A stretch of DNA of 64,000 nucleotides from a virus: the IMG/VR virus record IMGVR_UViG_3300010373_000004, positions 19,777-83,776 of that record, one strand, 5' to 3'. The notes under the pieces are model-generated. The model did no database searches. It saw only the letters and a program-made list of their open reading frames with translations, and was not told the DNA's origin. The stretch's first letter is position 1. Every line of letters starts with the position of its first letter. Of the stretch, positions 18,995-28,565 are shown piece after piece. A program made the translations under genes and the position numbers.

Positions 18995-19832
18995 TTTTGA
19001 ATACGAACACACTCTCGAAGAAATAAAAGAGTGGGTTCGGAGCGATGATTTGCGGACGGCTATCAAATTAGATAGCAATAAGCGGAACATGGATTCAAAT
19101 GTCATACGGCCTAATGATCCATCATTCTATGGTGCATCATATAAAGAGTCCGTAAGACAGTTATTCGACGGTGTTGATAACTTCAATGATTGGTTGTCTA
19201 GTTCACCGCCGATGGACATTCCCACAAAATCAATCCGGCGCCGTCGTGTTTATAGCGATAGTTCTGGTGAGATTGATATGGACCGCCGATGGGATGATTA
19301 TCCTTTTGAAACATTCCATCATGTGCGCTTTGATAATCCGATTGTCAAGGTCTACATTAATGGTGGTTTTAGAGGGATGGTTCACCAACGCCATATAAAT
19401 GCGTATGGAATGAAGATTTATTCCATCATCAACGCATTAGAGACTGCGGGTAAGATGTGTGAGATTTATCTCTACTACAATACCCTCGGGATTACTGGTG
19501 GAAATGAACTCACATTCACAACAGTGAAGATTAAAGGTTCTGATGAATACGTGGACGGCAAAGTATTAGCTACATGTTTCACCAGTTTCTTCTATCGTCG
19601 TTTCATATTTGCTCTACGTATTAAGGATGCGGACAGCCGCAACGAAACAGCATCGTGGGGCATGGGTTCGTCACAACTTTATAAGCACACTCTTTTACAA
19701 ATATCAGAGGCAGGAGATACTATTTGGTTGGAGGCCACCGACCCGGCTAATTTTGATGGGTCCACATACACAAAGGCAGTCGATGAAATCCTAGAAAAGG
19801 TTATCAAAGGAAGGGACGAGATAAGCGAATGA
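18987..19832 (+). CDS. Putative vWA-like partner of the AAA+ ATPase
   Basis: GEIDMDR, I.ALE.AG...EI, FYRRFIF and WGMG motifs typical of phage CobT-like partners; adjacent to the AAA gene. Confidence 0.6.
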   Translation: MADFEYEHTLEEIKEWVRSDDLRTAIKLDSNKRNMDSNVIRPNDPSFYGASYKESVRQLFDGVDNFNDWLSSSPPMDIPTKSIRRRRVYSDSSGEIDMDRRWDDYPFETFHHVRFDNPIVKVYINGGFRGMVHQRHINAYGMKIYSIINALETAGKMCEIYLYYNTLGITGGNELTFTTVKIKGSDEYVDGKVLATCFTSFFYRRFIFALRIKDADSRNETASWGMGSSQLYKHTLLQISEAGDTIWLEATDPANFDGSTYTKAVDEILEKVIKGRDEISE

Positions 19833-20086
19833 AGGCAGTCACTATAACTGTTGCTTTCACAGCAACTGTGCCTGACGATGTGGAAACCGGGTATTTAGCT
19901 GTTGATTTAGATGTTGACAGAATAAAGCTTGTCAATCATCGGTTTAATTCTTTGTCTAGTGCTAATTGCATTAGTCATTTATCTCTGGAACCGTATCTAA
20001 TAGTCGAAACATATCTTGACAGCTATGTTAAGATATGTCTGTGGGAGTCGCCTACCTACACTGATGATGACAGGCGAGAAAGATAA
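19829..20086 (+). CDS. Hypothetical protein
   Basis: ATGA overlap with the upstream gene. Confidence 0.5.
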   Translation: MKAVTITVAFTATVPDDVETGYLAVDLDVDRIKLVNHRFNSLSSANCISHLSLEPYLIVETYLDSYVKICLWESPTYTDDDRRER

Positions 20087-20187
20087 AACAATTATCACTT
20101 TCTATGTTTCCAATAGGGAACAAGGTCGGGCCGTTCTGCGCATGCTCAATAAGATGCGCGTTAAGGCTTTCATTGTGAGGCCGTGTT

Positions 20188-20406
20188 ATGCCTAATCTCA
20201 CTGAATATCTGGATGCGACCATGCCAGATGTAATCGAGGAAGAACAACTGGAAGAAATGAATCGTGAAGTAACGATTATGCTTCCACCAATGGAAAAGAA
20301 GGATAGGCGTCCTAAGTGCAAGGTCTGCAATAAGACCAACATTTATGGTCGTACAATCAAATTTAGCTATTGCGAACAGCACTGGCCAATGAAAGCGGAA
20401 GGATAA
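20188..20406 (+). CDS. Small hypothetical Cys-containing protein
   Basis: GAGG RBS; CKVC...YCEQH. Confidence 0.5.
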   Translation: MPNLTEYLDATMPDVIEEEQLEEMNREVTIMLPPMEKKDRRPKCKVCNKTNIYGRTIKFSYCEQHWPMKAEG

Positions 20407-20653
20407 ACAAATGCCACGTAAGAACGGACCCACTCATAAGAGGAACGAACGCAAGTATAAGAATAAGAGTCGCCCAGCTTGTCCTGGTGGAAGTTGTGGC
20501 TCTCTTACATGCACTGTTTGTCGATCACCTTGGAACAATCGTAGTTCCAATAAGTAGACGCAGATGGGACTGGAGAGAAATCTCCAGTTTAATGCGGCAG
20601 TTCCGAATTCCAAAGCACGGAACAAATAACAACCGCAGAAGAAAGGAACAGTA

Positions 20654-21451
20654 ATGTTCTCAAACCTTCCTAAGACTCAAAAGACCGCGCAGGAGCAAGT
20701 GCTGGATGCTATGGCAGTCAGTCGTTTTGTTTTCCATCTGACAGGTTCTCGCTTTTTCGGAACTAATCGTGAGGACAGCGATTACGATTTCTTTGTCGAG
20801 GATGATCATTATTCGCCTTTCGTTGGAAATGTTCGCTCATGGCTCATAAGTGAGGCTTTCTATTTGATGGATAAGAGTGATTATCTGTCAACTGTTCAGG
20901 GCATCAATGATGTTTACCAGCATGTTAGTGCGAACATTCAGGTCCAGGTTGTTCAGGATGCTACTAAGAAGCAGCGCATTCAAGACGGGATCAAGAACAG
21001 TCCTGAATGCATGAACGTCATTAAGCAGTGTGACAAGTCTCGCAATAAGGGTTTGTGGGAAGCTCTTTACATCATGGATGCTTTCAAGCCTGCTCCAAAG
21101 ACTCCCGTAAACAAGATTCTCATGATCAAGAATGTTCGTGAGTTGTCTGGATGCGGATTGAAGGAGGCCAAGGATTTCGTTGAGGGAGTTTTGATTCCCA
21201 ATTTCAATGGAACGCCTGCAACAATGGAAGTAAACGCAACAAAGAGCGTTGTTCCTGTTGTGAATTCTTCTCCACTTCCAGTTATCGCATGTGGTCGTTG
21301 CGGACTGTCACTAACGCGGTTCGCCTGTTATCGACAAGATTACCGAAACAATAAGCCGCTGTGCTTTAATTGCTGGATTAATGAACGGACATATGTTGAT
21401 CCGATCTTTGTTTCAGACTGGATAAGCACACGCAACACAACCACCGTTTAG
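20654..21451 (+). CDS. Pol-beta-family nucleotidyltransferase fused to a ribosomal L7/L12 C-terminal-like domain and a zinc finger
   Basis: LTGSRFFG....SDYDF NTase motif; NKILMIKNVRELSGCGLKEAKDFVEG matches the bL12 CTD signature; CGRC...CFNC. Confidence 0.8.
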   Translation: MFSNLPKTQKTAQEQVLDAMAVSRFVFHLTGSRFFGTNREDSDYDFFVEDDHYSPFVGNVRSWLISEAFYLMDKSDYLSTVQGINDVYQHVSANIQVQVVQDATKKQRIQDGIKNSPECMNVIKQCDKSRNKGLWEALYIMDAFKPAPKTPVNKILMIKNVRELSGCGLKEAKDFVEGVLIPNFNGTPATMEVNATKSVVPVVNSSPLPVIACGRCGLSLTRFACYRQDYRNNKPLCFNCWINERTYVDPIFVSDWISTRNTTTV

Positions 21452-21524
21452 CAGAGTGGGCCGAGAGTTTAATCTCTCGGTTTAATGCGGTAAGGTCGTC
21501 ACAAGCCCGACCTAAATACAAACG
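21445..21524 (+). ncRNA. Twister ribozyme, type P5
   Basis: cgttt-AGCAGAGUGG-P1(gccgagag/ctctcggt)-U^AAUGCGGU-P4(aggtc/gacct) with UCACAAGC loop-aaacg; predicted cleavage 21483/21484. Confidence 0.88.
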
Positions 21525-21538
21525 CATTAGGAGTATTT

Positions 21539-21775
21539 ATGCTAGAGGAAGTTCTAGCGGCATCAGAGATTCAACTGAATATGTGCATTGAAAAAGGCAT
21601 CTATTCATTTGAGGATTTGATGAATCTGAGTCTGTGGGAGCGAGATACAGCTTATGCTTGTCATTTCCAGAGACAATTCGGAGTCCATTATCACAAAGCT
21701 GGCGTCCAGTACATCAAAGATGGTGCAAAGATGCCTCCGATAAATCCTGATAAGGAGATTGGTGATGCCTCTTGA
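21539..21775 (+). CDS. Hypothetical protein
   Basis: AGGAG RBS directly after the twister. Confidence 0.65.
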   Translation: MLEEVLAASEIQLNMCIEKGIYSFEDLMNLSLWERDTAYACHFQRQFGVHYHKAGVQYIKDGAKMPPINPDKEIGDAS

Positions 21776-22141
21776 TAAAGAGGGACAACGAATGATGAAG
21801 GATTACCTTGATGAATTAATCAAGGGAAACGTTATCACAATTCCGCGCGAAGTAAATGTTTTTCGCTCAATTTATGAGCGTGCTTATAACGACGGAAAAC
21901 AGATGCAGCGCATCCGTGAGAATCAACAACTGGAAGGATTGGAAATAGCTCTCGCATTAGTATGAGGACTTATACTTCTCATGAACTTGAAACCGATGTT
22001 CTCATTGATGAATATGAGGAAGATATCGTTGTCAAATGGAAGATTGATGGATTCCGAAAGCGTATGACATTCCGTGAAGGTATGGAGTGGACTGCACAAA
22101 CATATGTGGACACTGGCGAAAGCTTCCATCTAGTAAAGTAA

Positions 22142-22531
22142 ATGGCGAAGCAGAGTAGAAAGAGGTACGGTTTCGGCCGTGCAAGAGTAGTTCGAGAATT
22201 CCTTTACATGCTCCAAAGTGGTCGCTGCGCAAGATGCGGCGGTCAAATGCTGGCAGACAAAGTTTCTATTGATCATATCAAGCCTTGGAGCATCTACAAA
22301 AATGGTGATATCCGCAATTTATGTGCGATGCATCCACGATGTAACACTCGGAAGGGTGCTATGGAGATTGAGCCGCCATTTGTAGTGCATGTTTCCATGC
22401 AAGATTGGTTCGGATGGCTAGCAAAATGCTGGTCTAATGATCCAGATCGCTATTGGAGCCACAAAGAGCAAGAAAACATCTTCCAGCATAATAATTATAG
22501 GACGTGGTCGAGGCGTGCTATTGCTGGTTGA
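22142..22531 (+). CDS. HNH endonuclease
   Basis: CARCG...IDHIKP...NL...HPRCN.RKG. Confidence 0.85.
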   Translation: MAKQSRKRYGFGRARVVREFLYMLQSGRCARCGGQMLADKVSIDHIKPWSIYKNGDIRNLCAMHPRCNTRKGAMEIEPPFVVHVSMQDWFGWLAKCWSNDPDRYWSHKEQENIFQHNNYRTWSRRAIAG

Positions 22532-22631
22532 GTTTGTTGCGTGGGCTGTATTCACAGCAGGGTTAGCTGTTGCAATCCTGTTTTATGTGATGATAGTCAT
22601 TCGTAACCTAGTAAGAGAATTTATCCGCATT

Positions 22632-22667
22632 CGAGAAGAAAGAGAAGAAAGAGAAGAAAGAGAAGAA
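22632..22667 (+). repeat. 9-bp tandem repeat (AGAGAAGAA)x4 encoding REE repeats
   Basis: Directly visible. Confidence 0.85.
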
Positions 22668-23069
22668 TATGATTATAACGGCAGGTAAGCTGCGAGAACT
22701 GATTAGTGATGTGGAGAATGATGAGCTTCTTCATATCACCGCACACTCAATCACCATAAAGAAGGAACTCTTTAAGTCAGATACATCACATCTTGGACGA
22801 CCTACTGCTCCTAAGAAGTACGAGTCTTATGAAGAAAAGAAGCACGCTTTTCTGGAGGCCATCAATGGCTCCTATGAGTATGAGATTTTAAATAACACAG
22901 GAGGAAAGAATGATTAGGTGGGTATCTGCTATTTCTGGAGGAATACTGCTTTGTTTTCTACCAGAAATAGTTGATCAGTTTGTGTATCCAGTGTCTTATA
23001 CTGTAACAATGGCTACACTTATGGCGGCTCTCGGTCTTATTATTTGGCCATTTGTTGATTGGGTGCTAC

Positions 23070-23870
23070 ATGGCTGAAAAATTTGAGGTAGGAGATCATG
23101 TCTCCTTCAAAGGCTGGGAGAGATATAAGCGTTCTAGCCGCGAATTAGATGCATTGTCAGTGCTGCAATTAGTTCGTGGACAAGTAGAGCGCGTGGACAA
23201 AAAGACCATCATTGTTCGGTGGGGCGGTAATGTCTACAAACTAGACGCAGGTGATTTCGTTATAGAGAACCGGAAGGGTTTTCTAGCAGAAATGTATCCA
23301 GAAGAAATTGAAAAGGTGATAAATGAGTCCGTTACAGAGACAGTTGAAGATCAAGAAGTTGAGGACGAAGAAGTTGGAGAAAGTGAAGAAAATCAACCAA
23401 CTCCTACGGCACCTGAACGAAATCAACAAACAAATCAGCCAACTGGAAATGTCGAACAAATCGAGTTTCTCTCCAAGAACGCACTTAAGTTTGATCCAGC
23501 CAGCAAGATTTTCATAGGAACTGCCTATAAGAAAATCCGACTTCTAGACGGCACCTTCTATCAAGTGCAAGAAGGTAATGTTGTTGATGCAGCAATTGTC
23601 CAAGATGCTTTCAAGTTGTGGCGACTTGGCAAGGTTTGCTATGATCGTCTGAATATCCTGTTTAGAAATGGTCAACACTTTGGCCGTGTTGAAGATTTCT
23701 TGCGAGATATTCATCACTCATGGGAACGGTGGGGTTCATGGTCGCCAGGACAAGTAGCAGCTTGTTACAAGCATATCAATAAGTACCAAGACGAAATCAA
23801 GAGATTACAAAAGGATGATTACCGTTCCATAAAGAATGGATGGGGAGTCATCGAACCAAAGGATGAATAA
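23070..23870 (+). CDS. Hypothetical protein with SH3-like N-terminus and acidic linker
   Basis: FEVGDHV...GQVERVDKKTIIV; acidic central segment. Confidence 0.65.
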   Translation: MAEKFEVGDHVSFKGWERYKRSSRELDALSVLQLVRGQVERVDKKTIIVRWGGNVYKLDAGDFVIENRKGFLAEMYPEEIEKVINESVTETVEDQEVEDEEVGESEENQPTPTAPERNQQTNQPTGNVEQIEFLSKNALKFDPASKIFIGTAYKKIRLLDGTFYQVQEGNVVDAAIVQDAFKLWRLGKVCYDRLNILFRNGQHFGRVEDFLRDIHHSWERWGSWSPGQVAACYKHINKYQDEIKRLQKDDYRSIKNGWGVIEPKDE

Positions 23871-24030
23871 ATGACAGCTATAATTTCAGTAGTTATCTGC
23901 CTTGCAGGAAGCATTACTCTTTTGTGGGTTTTGCCTTTCATGATTGGCTACACAATAAATGAAGTTCGTAATTCCTTTATGTGTGGTCTTACAGGTATTC
24001 CCTCGTCGAGGCGTAAGCATCGGTAAATAA

Positions 24031-24414
24031 AGGTAAACATTTGTCAGTAGGTGCTAGAGGGCCGTTGGTCGAGCGTGATCAGCCCTCTAGACCACTACTA
24101 AATCCTGTTTGCAAAAGTAAAACAGTATCCAGTAGTGGTATTCCCTCCCTCCCTAGGACCGTAAGGATCGGTCACTATCGGTAAGAGAGAGGTAAATATG
24201 AAGGTAAACATCTGTAAGTATCGGTTAATTACATTTGCTTACACATGTTTACCCTCATATTTACCGTTCTTTTACCGATATTTACATCGTATTACGATAT
24301 ATCTCTCGACTCGTTTACGCTTAGAGGCTATGTATTCCCTCTGATAAGCAGGTGGTTATGTCTACCAGGGTATGTGCTCAGCGGAGGGTAAAATCGTGTT
24401 ACACATGTTTACCT
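24031..24414 (+). other. Large palindromic non-coding element (structured RNA or replication origin)
   Basis: No ORF; ~45-bp stem 24176-24280; closing pair aggtaaacat/atgtttacct; several further hairpins. Confidence 0.65.
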
Positions 24415-24658
24415 ATCTTGACACATGCTCTCCAGTCGGCATACCATAGAGCCGAGGGAGCGCGCCTGGAAGTCCTATAAATAGAAATTGAAAGGGTAGT
24501 AATGTCAGTTAGAAAACCAGAAGATGAACAACCTTCTTGGATACTTAGAACACGCAGCTTTAAAAGAGCAGTTATGTCAGATGCTCGCCATAATAGGCTG
24601 CGCCCACCAGAGAAAAAGAGAATTTTTGCTAAACATTTTTGTCGAATAGTGTGGTGGA

Positions 24659-25054
24659 ATGATTAACGCCAACTTTATTCGTCGTGTTGAAAACAATCCA
24701 CGAAACATTCAATCAATAGATTTATACATTCCGCAGACAACACTCAAAATCGAGTGGCCAGAATATGCTAGTCATTTCATGTTGAATAACATTTCTGGTT
24801 TTTCAGATTGGTTTGCGACAACTGTCACAGACATTGTGTCTGATGATAACTTTTGGGAAGAAATCTATTATATTCCTTCTAATATTCCTAACGGTCGAGC
24901 ATGTTGGCTAACACTAGTCAATAGACTTAGAAAAGAAACAGGTCGTCCAGTCATTACTTTTGAAGAAGATGAGTGGATGACGTTTCTATGGAATATGACT
25001 GGTACACGAAAACATCAAGATTGGAGAAATATGTGGCTATCCAAAGTTGGGTAA
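24659..25054 (+). CDS. Hypothetical protein
   Basis: 131 aa coupled ORF. Confidence 0.6.
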   Translation: MINANFIRRVENNPRNIQSIDLYIPQTTLKIEWPEYASHFMLNNISGFSDWFATTVTDIVSDDNFWEEIYYIPSNIPNGRACWLTLVNRLRKETGRPVITFEEDEWMTFLWNMTGTRKHQDWRNMWLSKVG

Positions 25055-25548
25055 ATGAAGATACACTTATTCTTCTTCACCAGATGGGCATCGACTCTAA
25101 CCACAAGTTAAAAGAATTAGCTAAAACATACATTAGTCGGCGTCCATCAAATTCAATTCATGGTCTAGATGTTTTCTCTCCCAGGTATTTCTTCTTAGTC
25201 GCAGCGACTATTGATGAAGGAACTACCCAAGAACTCGTAGATCGAGCAGTTTATCTTTATCTTTCTCATTGGAAGCAAAATAATACTGATGTTCAGCGAG
25301 GATTGCAACAATTCAACACTCTAGTCGTTGCTGACTTGCGGCGATATTGTGAGCGTCATCCAGATTTTGTTAAATTCAATAACAATAGTCCTAAGTTCTC
25401 AGTCTCTCTAGTCGATAAAGAGTTTTCGTGGGAAGATTTTGAAAGAGCAAACGGAGAGCCTCTTATAGATTTGTATGCACACTGCAAAGATAAAGAACCA
25501 GAATTAAACGAAGTTCCAGATTGGAGTTGGACGGAAGAAAATGATTAA
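24973..25548 (+). CDS. Hypothetical protein
   Basis: ORF in operon; true start probably near 25033. Confidence 0.6.
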   Translation: MDDVSMEYDWYTKTSRLEKYVAIQSWVNEDTLILLHQMGIDSNHKLKELAKTYISRRPSNSIHGLDVFSPRYFFLVAATIDEGTTQELVDRAVYLYLSHWKQNNTDVQRGLQQFNTLVVADLRRYCERHPDFVKFNNNSPKFSVSLVDKEFSWEDFERANGEPLIDLYAHCKDKEPELNEVPDWSWTEEND

Positions 25549-25776
25549 GGTGCCAGAAATTTGTCCTTGTGCGCCACTTAGAGAAGAAAGACGTTGGGTT
25601 AATTCTGACAGTAACACAGGACTTCACGGACAAGGTACAGGACATATTGAACTTACTACTGCGCCAGGTTATCATGAATGGAGATATGGTGGATACAAAT
25701 CAACAATCGCAAGTACATATGATTGGTTTTACTGTATTTATTGCTTAGAAAGAAAATCAGTGTAATACCTTTAGTC

Positions 25777-25805
25777 TTGACAAGGTATTCCCTTTGTGGT
25801 ACAAT
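25777..25805 (+). promoter_or_regulatory. Sigma70-type promoter
   Basis: TTGACA-17-TACAAT with TG extension; ATG follows 7 nt later (possibly leaderless). Confidence 0.75.
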
Positions 25806-25812
25806 AGCGCGC

Positions 25813-25989
25813 ATGGAGAATCTTACATTTCCGCTGCGCGCTAAGATTGCTCCGTCAGTAATGAAATCTATAGATGACATTGCAGATGATTTTGGTTTAA
25901 ATCGTTCGGAAGCAATAAGGGCAGCTTTAAAACTGTTTATCAAACTAAGTGGAAAGCTTACACAGGAGCAAATACAAAAGTTGATTTGA
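25813..25989 (+). CDS. Ribbon-helix-helix (CopG-like) regulator
   Basis: IDDIADDFGLNRSEAIRAAL. Confidence 0.8.
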   Translation: MENLTFPLRAKIAPSVMKSIDDIADDFGLNRSEAIRAALKLFIKLSGKLTQEQIQKLI

Positions 25990-26202
25990 AATGGCCATTA
26001 ATTTCTCAGGAATTACAATGAAGTGGTCAGGTAATTTCGTAGAATTCTACACTAGATTGTTTTGTCCTGAGTGTACGAAAATAACTCCGTGTGCATTCAG
26101 AAGTAACAAGTCATTTTTAGGAATAGAATGTCTAGAATGTAAATATATTGTTATGTCTACAGTAATGAACGGAGAGCGCATCGTGAAGATGTTTCAAGAT
26201 AC

Positions 26203-26664
26203 GTGAACCTAAAAGTATTTAGTGACGGCGGCTCTAAGGGAAATCCAGGGCCGTCTGGTTACGGTGTGGTTATTCGTGATGATGCGAAAAATACGCTCTG
26301 CACATTCGGTAATTTTATTGGCATTACAGGCAATAATATTGCTGAATATGTAGGAGCTATTATGGCATTACGAAAAGCTGCTGAATTTGAAGCTGAATCT
26401 GTCCAGCTTTTCTCAGATTCACAATTAGTTGTTTGCCAAGTCAATGGTTTGTACCGCGTGCATCCAAAGTACGCGCCATACTATAGGATGCTTCTTGAAT
26501 TGAAAGAGAAGTTGGCAGCTACTGTTGATTGGATACCAAGAGGCGCTAATCAATTAGCAGATAAGGAATGTGATTATGCCATTCGAAAACGAGTTACGTG
26601 TGACCCAAGAGGAATCCCAAACGATCCTTTCTCAAATCCGTGCATCGTTTCATTCGCGGCCTAG
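26203..26664 (+). CDS. rnhA: Ribonuclease HI (archaeal/actinobacterial type)
   Basis: SDGGSKGNPGPSGYG, NNIAEY, SDSQLVV, WIPR..N..AD. Confidence 0.92.
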   Translation: MNLKVFSDGGSKGNPGPSGYGVVIRDDAKNTLCTFGNFIGITGNNIAEYVGAIMALRKAAEFEAESVQLFSDSQLVVCQVNGLYRVHPKYAPYYRMLLELKEKLAATVDWIPRGANQLADKECDYAIRKRVTCDPRGIPNDPFSNPCIVSFAA

Positions 26665-27188
26665 CCACACGTTAGATAAAAGTATTTTAGATGAAAAAGG
26701 ATGCTGCAAGTTTTGCGGAATGCCCAAAATAGAAGCGAAATGGGAAAAGCGAAAATTGCAGTGTAATTGGCCGTATGGCAATTTATGAGGTAGAGCACAC
26801 TAATTGGGTAGCAGTCAGAGAATATACACTGGTTGATGCTGATTCTAAGGAAGAAGCACAACGTATATTTGAAGATAGATATGACGCCCATGCGATGGAA
26901 TGGCCGCATGCTGTTCCAGAATTTATAAATGTCCAGGTGGATAACGTTGAAAGATATCCACTTAAGAATGCAAAAAATCTTGATGCTTTTGAGATACTAG
27001 ATTGAGTAGAATGATACTCATTGATGATCTGCCATTGTTGGAGCACAATGAGGTAAAAGAATACACAGATGATAAGGCTGTGGTTCTTAAATACATGCTT
27101 ATTCGTCAACAACACCCAATGTGGCATGTTGCAGTCGTGCCGTTTGAACCTGAAAACAAATTCAACTGCCAAAAGATAGGAACCAATC

Positions 27189-28070
27189 GTGCCAACAGAG
27201 TTACCCAAGCTAGCGACACTCCAGCCGGATAAAAATGATCCGACTTTTCCAACAAATCATGAGGCTTATATCTATGAGCCAAAGTTTGATGGAATCAGAA
27301 CGCTAGTTTACTTCAACGGTGAAGATATTAAACTGGTTTCTAGAACAGAAAAGAATGTAGATGTATCAATTAAGTTTAGAAATGCAGTCACCGAACAGCT
27401 TAAGAATACAGGCTGCCGCAACGCGATCATTGATTGCGAACTTATTGCCATTGATACTGAACACCTTACCGGAAATTTCGAGGCTTTACAAAATCGAAAG
27501 CGCTATCCTTGTATCCTACAATTACGGGCATTTGATGTGCTCTATTACAACGGAGTGGATATTAGAGGGTACTCTACAATGGAGCGGAAAAAGGTTCTCG
27601 CAGCGAAATTCGACATTAAAAGTGTCCCATTCAAATTGGTCCCATTCGCTGACTCAGTTGATGGACTCCCTGTCTACTCCAACATTGAAGGACATGTTGC
27701 TAAGCAACGTAAAGCTAAATATGAGAGTGGACGACAGCGAACTTGGGTCAAAATTAAACCCTTCGAAACAGAGATTGTACGAGTCACTGGATACATCGAG
27801 GGTTTGGGAAAGTTCGAGAATAATGTCGGCGCGTTAAACATCGAATGGATCATCGTTGATCCAAAAACTAAAGAAATCTCAACAAAAGATGCAGGTCAAG
27901 TAGGGAGTTTTCACATTGATGATTCTAAGCGCAAAGAAATCTGGGATAAGATTCAACTCATGGGCGAAAAGTTTAAACCATTTTTCGCAGAAGTTTATTA
28001 TCTTAGAAAGACAGCAGCAGGCAAGATTTATCACGGAGTATTTCTCAGAGAAGTAGAATTAGATGTTTAA
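27189..28070 (+). CDS. ATP-dependent DNA ligase
   Basis: YEPKFDGIR, IIDCE, AFDVL, EG.VAK, WVKIK. Confidence 0.92.
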   Translation: MPTELPKLATLQPDKNDPTFPTNHEAYIYEPKFDGIRTLVYFNGEDIKLVSRTEKNVDVSIKFRNAVTEQLKNTGCRNAIIDCELIAIDTEHLTGNFEALQNRKRYPCILQLRAFDVLYYNGVDIRGYSTMERKKVLAAKFDIKSVPFKLVPFADSVDGLPVYSNIEGHVAKQRKAKYESGRQRTWVKIKPFETEIVRVTGYIEGLGKFENNVGALNIEWIIVDPKTKEISTKDAGQVGSFHIDDSKRKEIWDKIQLMGEKFKPFFAEVYYLRKTAAGKIYHGVFLREVELDV

Positions 28071-28270
28071 ACCAAATTTAGAAGATTGTTGTCATCATTG
28101 CCCTAAGTGTGACGGGTGCGGTAATTTCTTTGATGATGAAGAACACTTTACAAAAATAATGCTTTCTATTCACACATATTGGAATCTGTGTCATAGATGC
28201 CTAGCACCTTTTCTTTTAGAGTGTGAAAAGCTTACATTAAAAATTAAAACCAGCAATCCAGACTTTTTCA

Positions 28271-28540
28271 ATGGCGATTCCTGATCCTAAAAAACTGGAT
28301 ATTAACTTATCTAGTAAGGCAAAGATGCCGCCCTCCGACGCTCAGATAGCCTTAGTGGATGCTCTGTGCCGAGAGAATAAGGGCCTACGCCGCCCCGAAA
28401 TGAACGCTCTAGCCGTCTCTAGGTGGCTAGATGACGTTCTAGACCGCCTGGAGCCGGACGAACCGGCCACCGTGATCCATGAGGATTTCGGCCAGTGGTC
28501 CGAATACTACGGGGAAAATTTCACAGAATTTGGGTGTTGA
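28271..28540 (+). CDS. Hypothetical protein (GC-rich coding)
   Basis: 89 aa; PSDAQIALV. Confidence 0.55.
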   Translation: MAIPDPKKLDINLSSKAKMPPSDAQIALVDALCRENKGLRRPEMNALAVSRWLDDVLDRLEPDEPATVIHEDFGQWSEYYGENFTEFGC

Positions 28541-28565
28541 CAGGCACCGCAGGCTATGGTAGTAT
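28537..28565 (+). promoter_or_regulatory. Sigma70-type promoter
   Basis: TTGACA-17-TAGTAT with TG. Confidence 0.7.

Noticed and set aside
24031-24414. Retron msr-msd or CRISPR array
   Set aside because: No reverse transcriptase or cas genes nearby; the repeats are short and inverted, not repeat-spacer units
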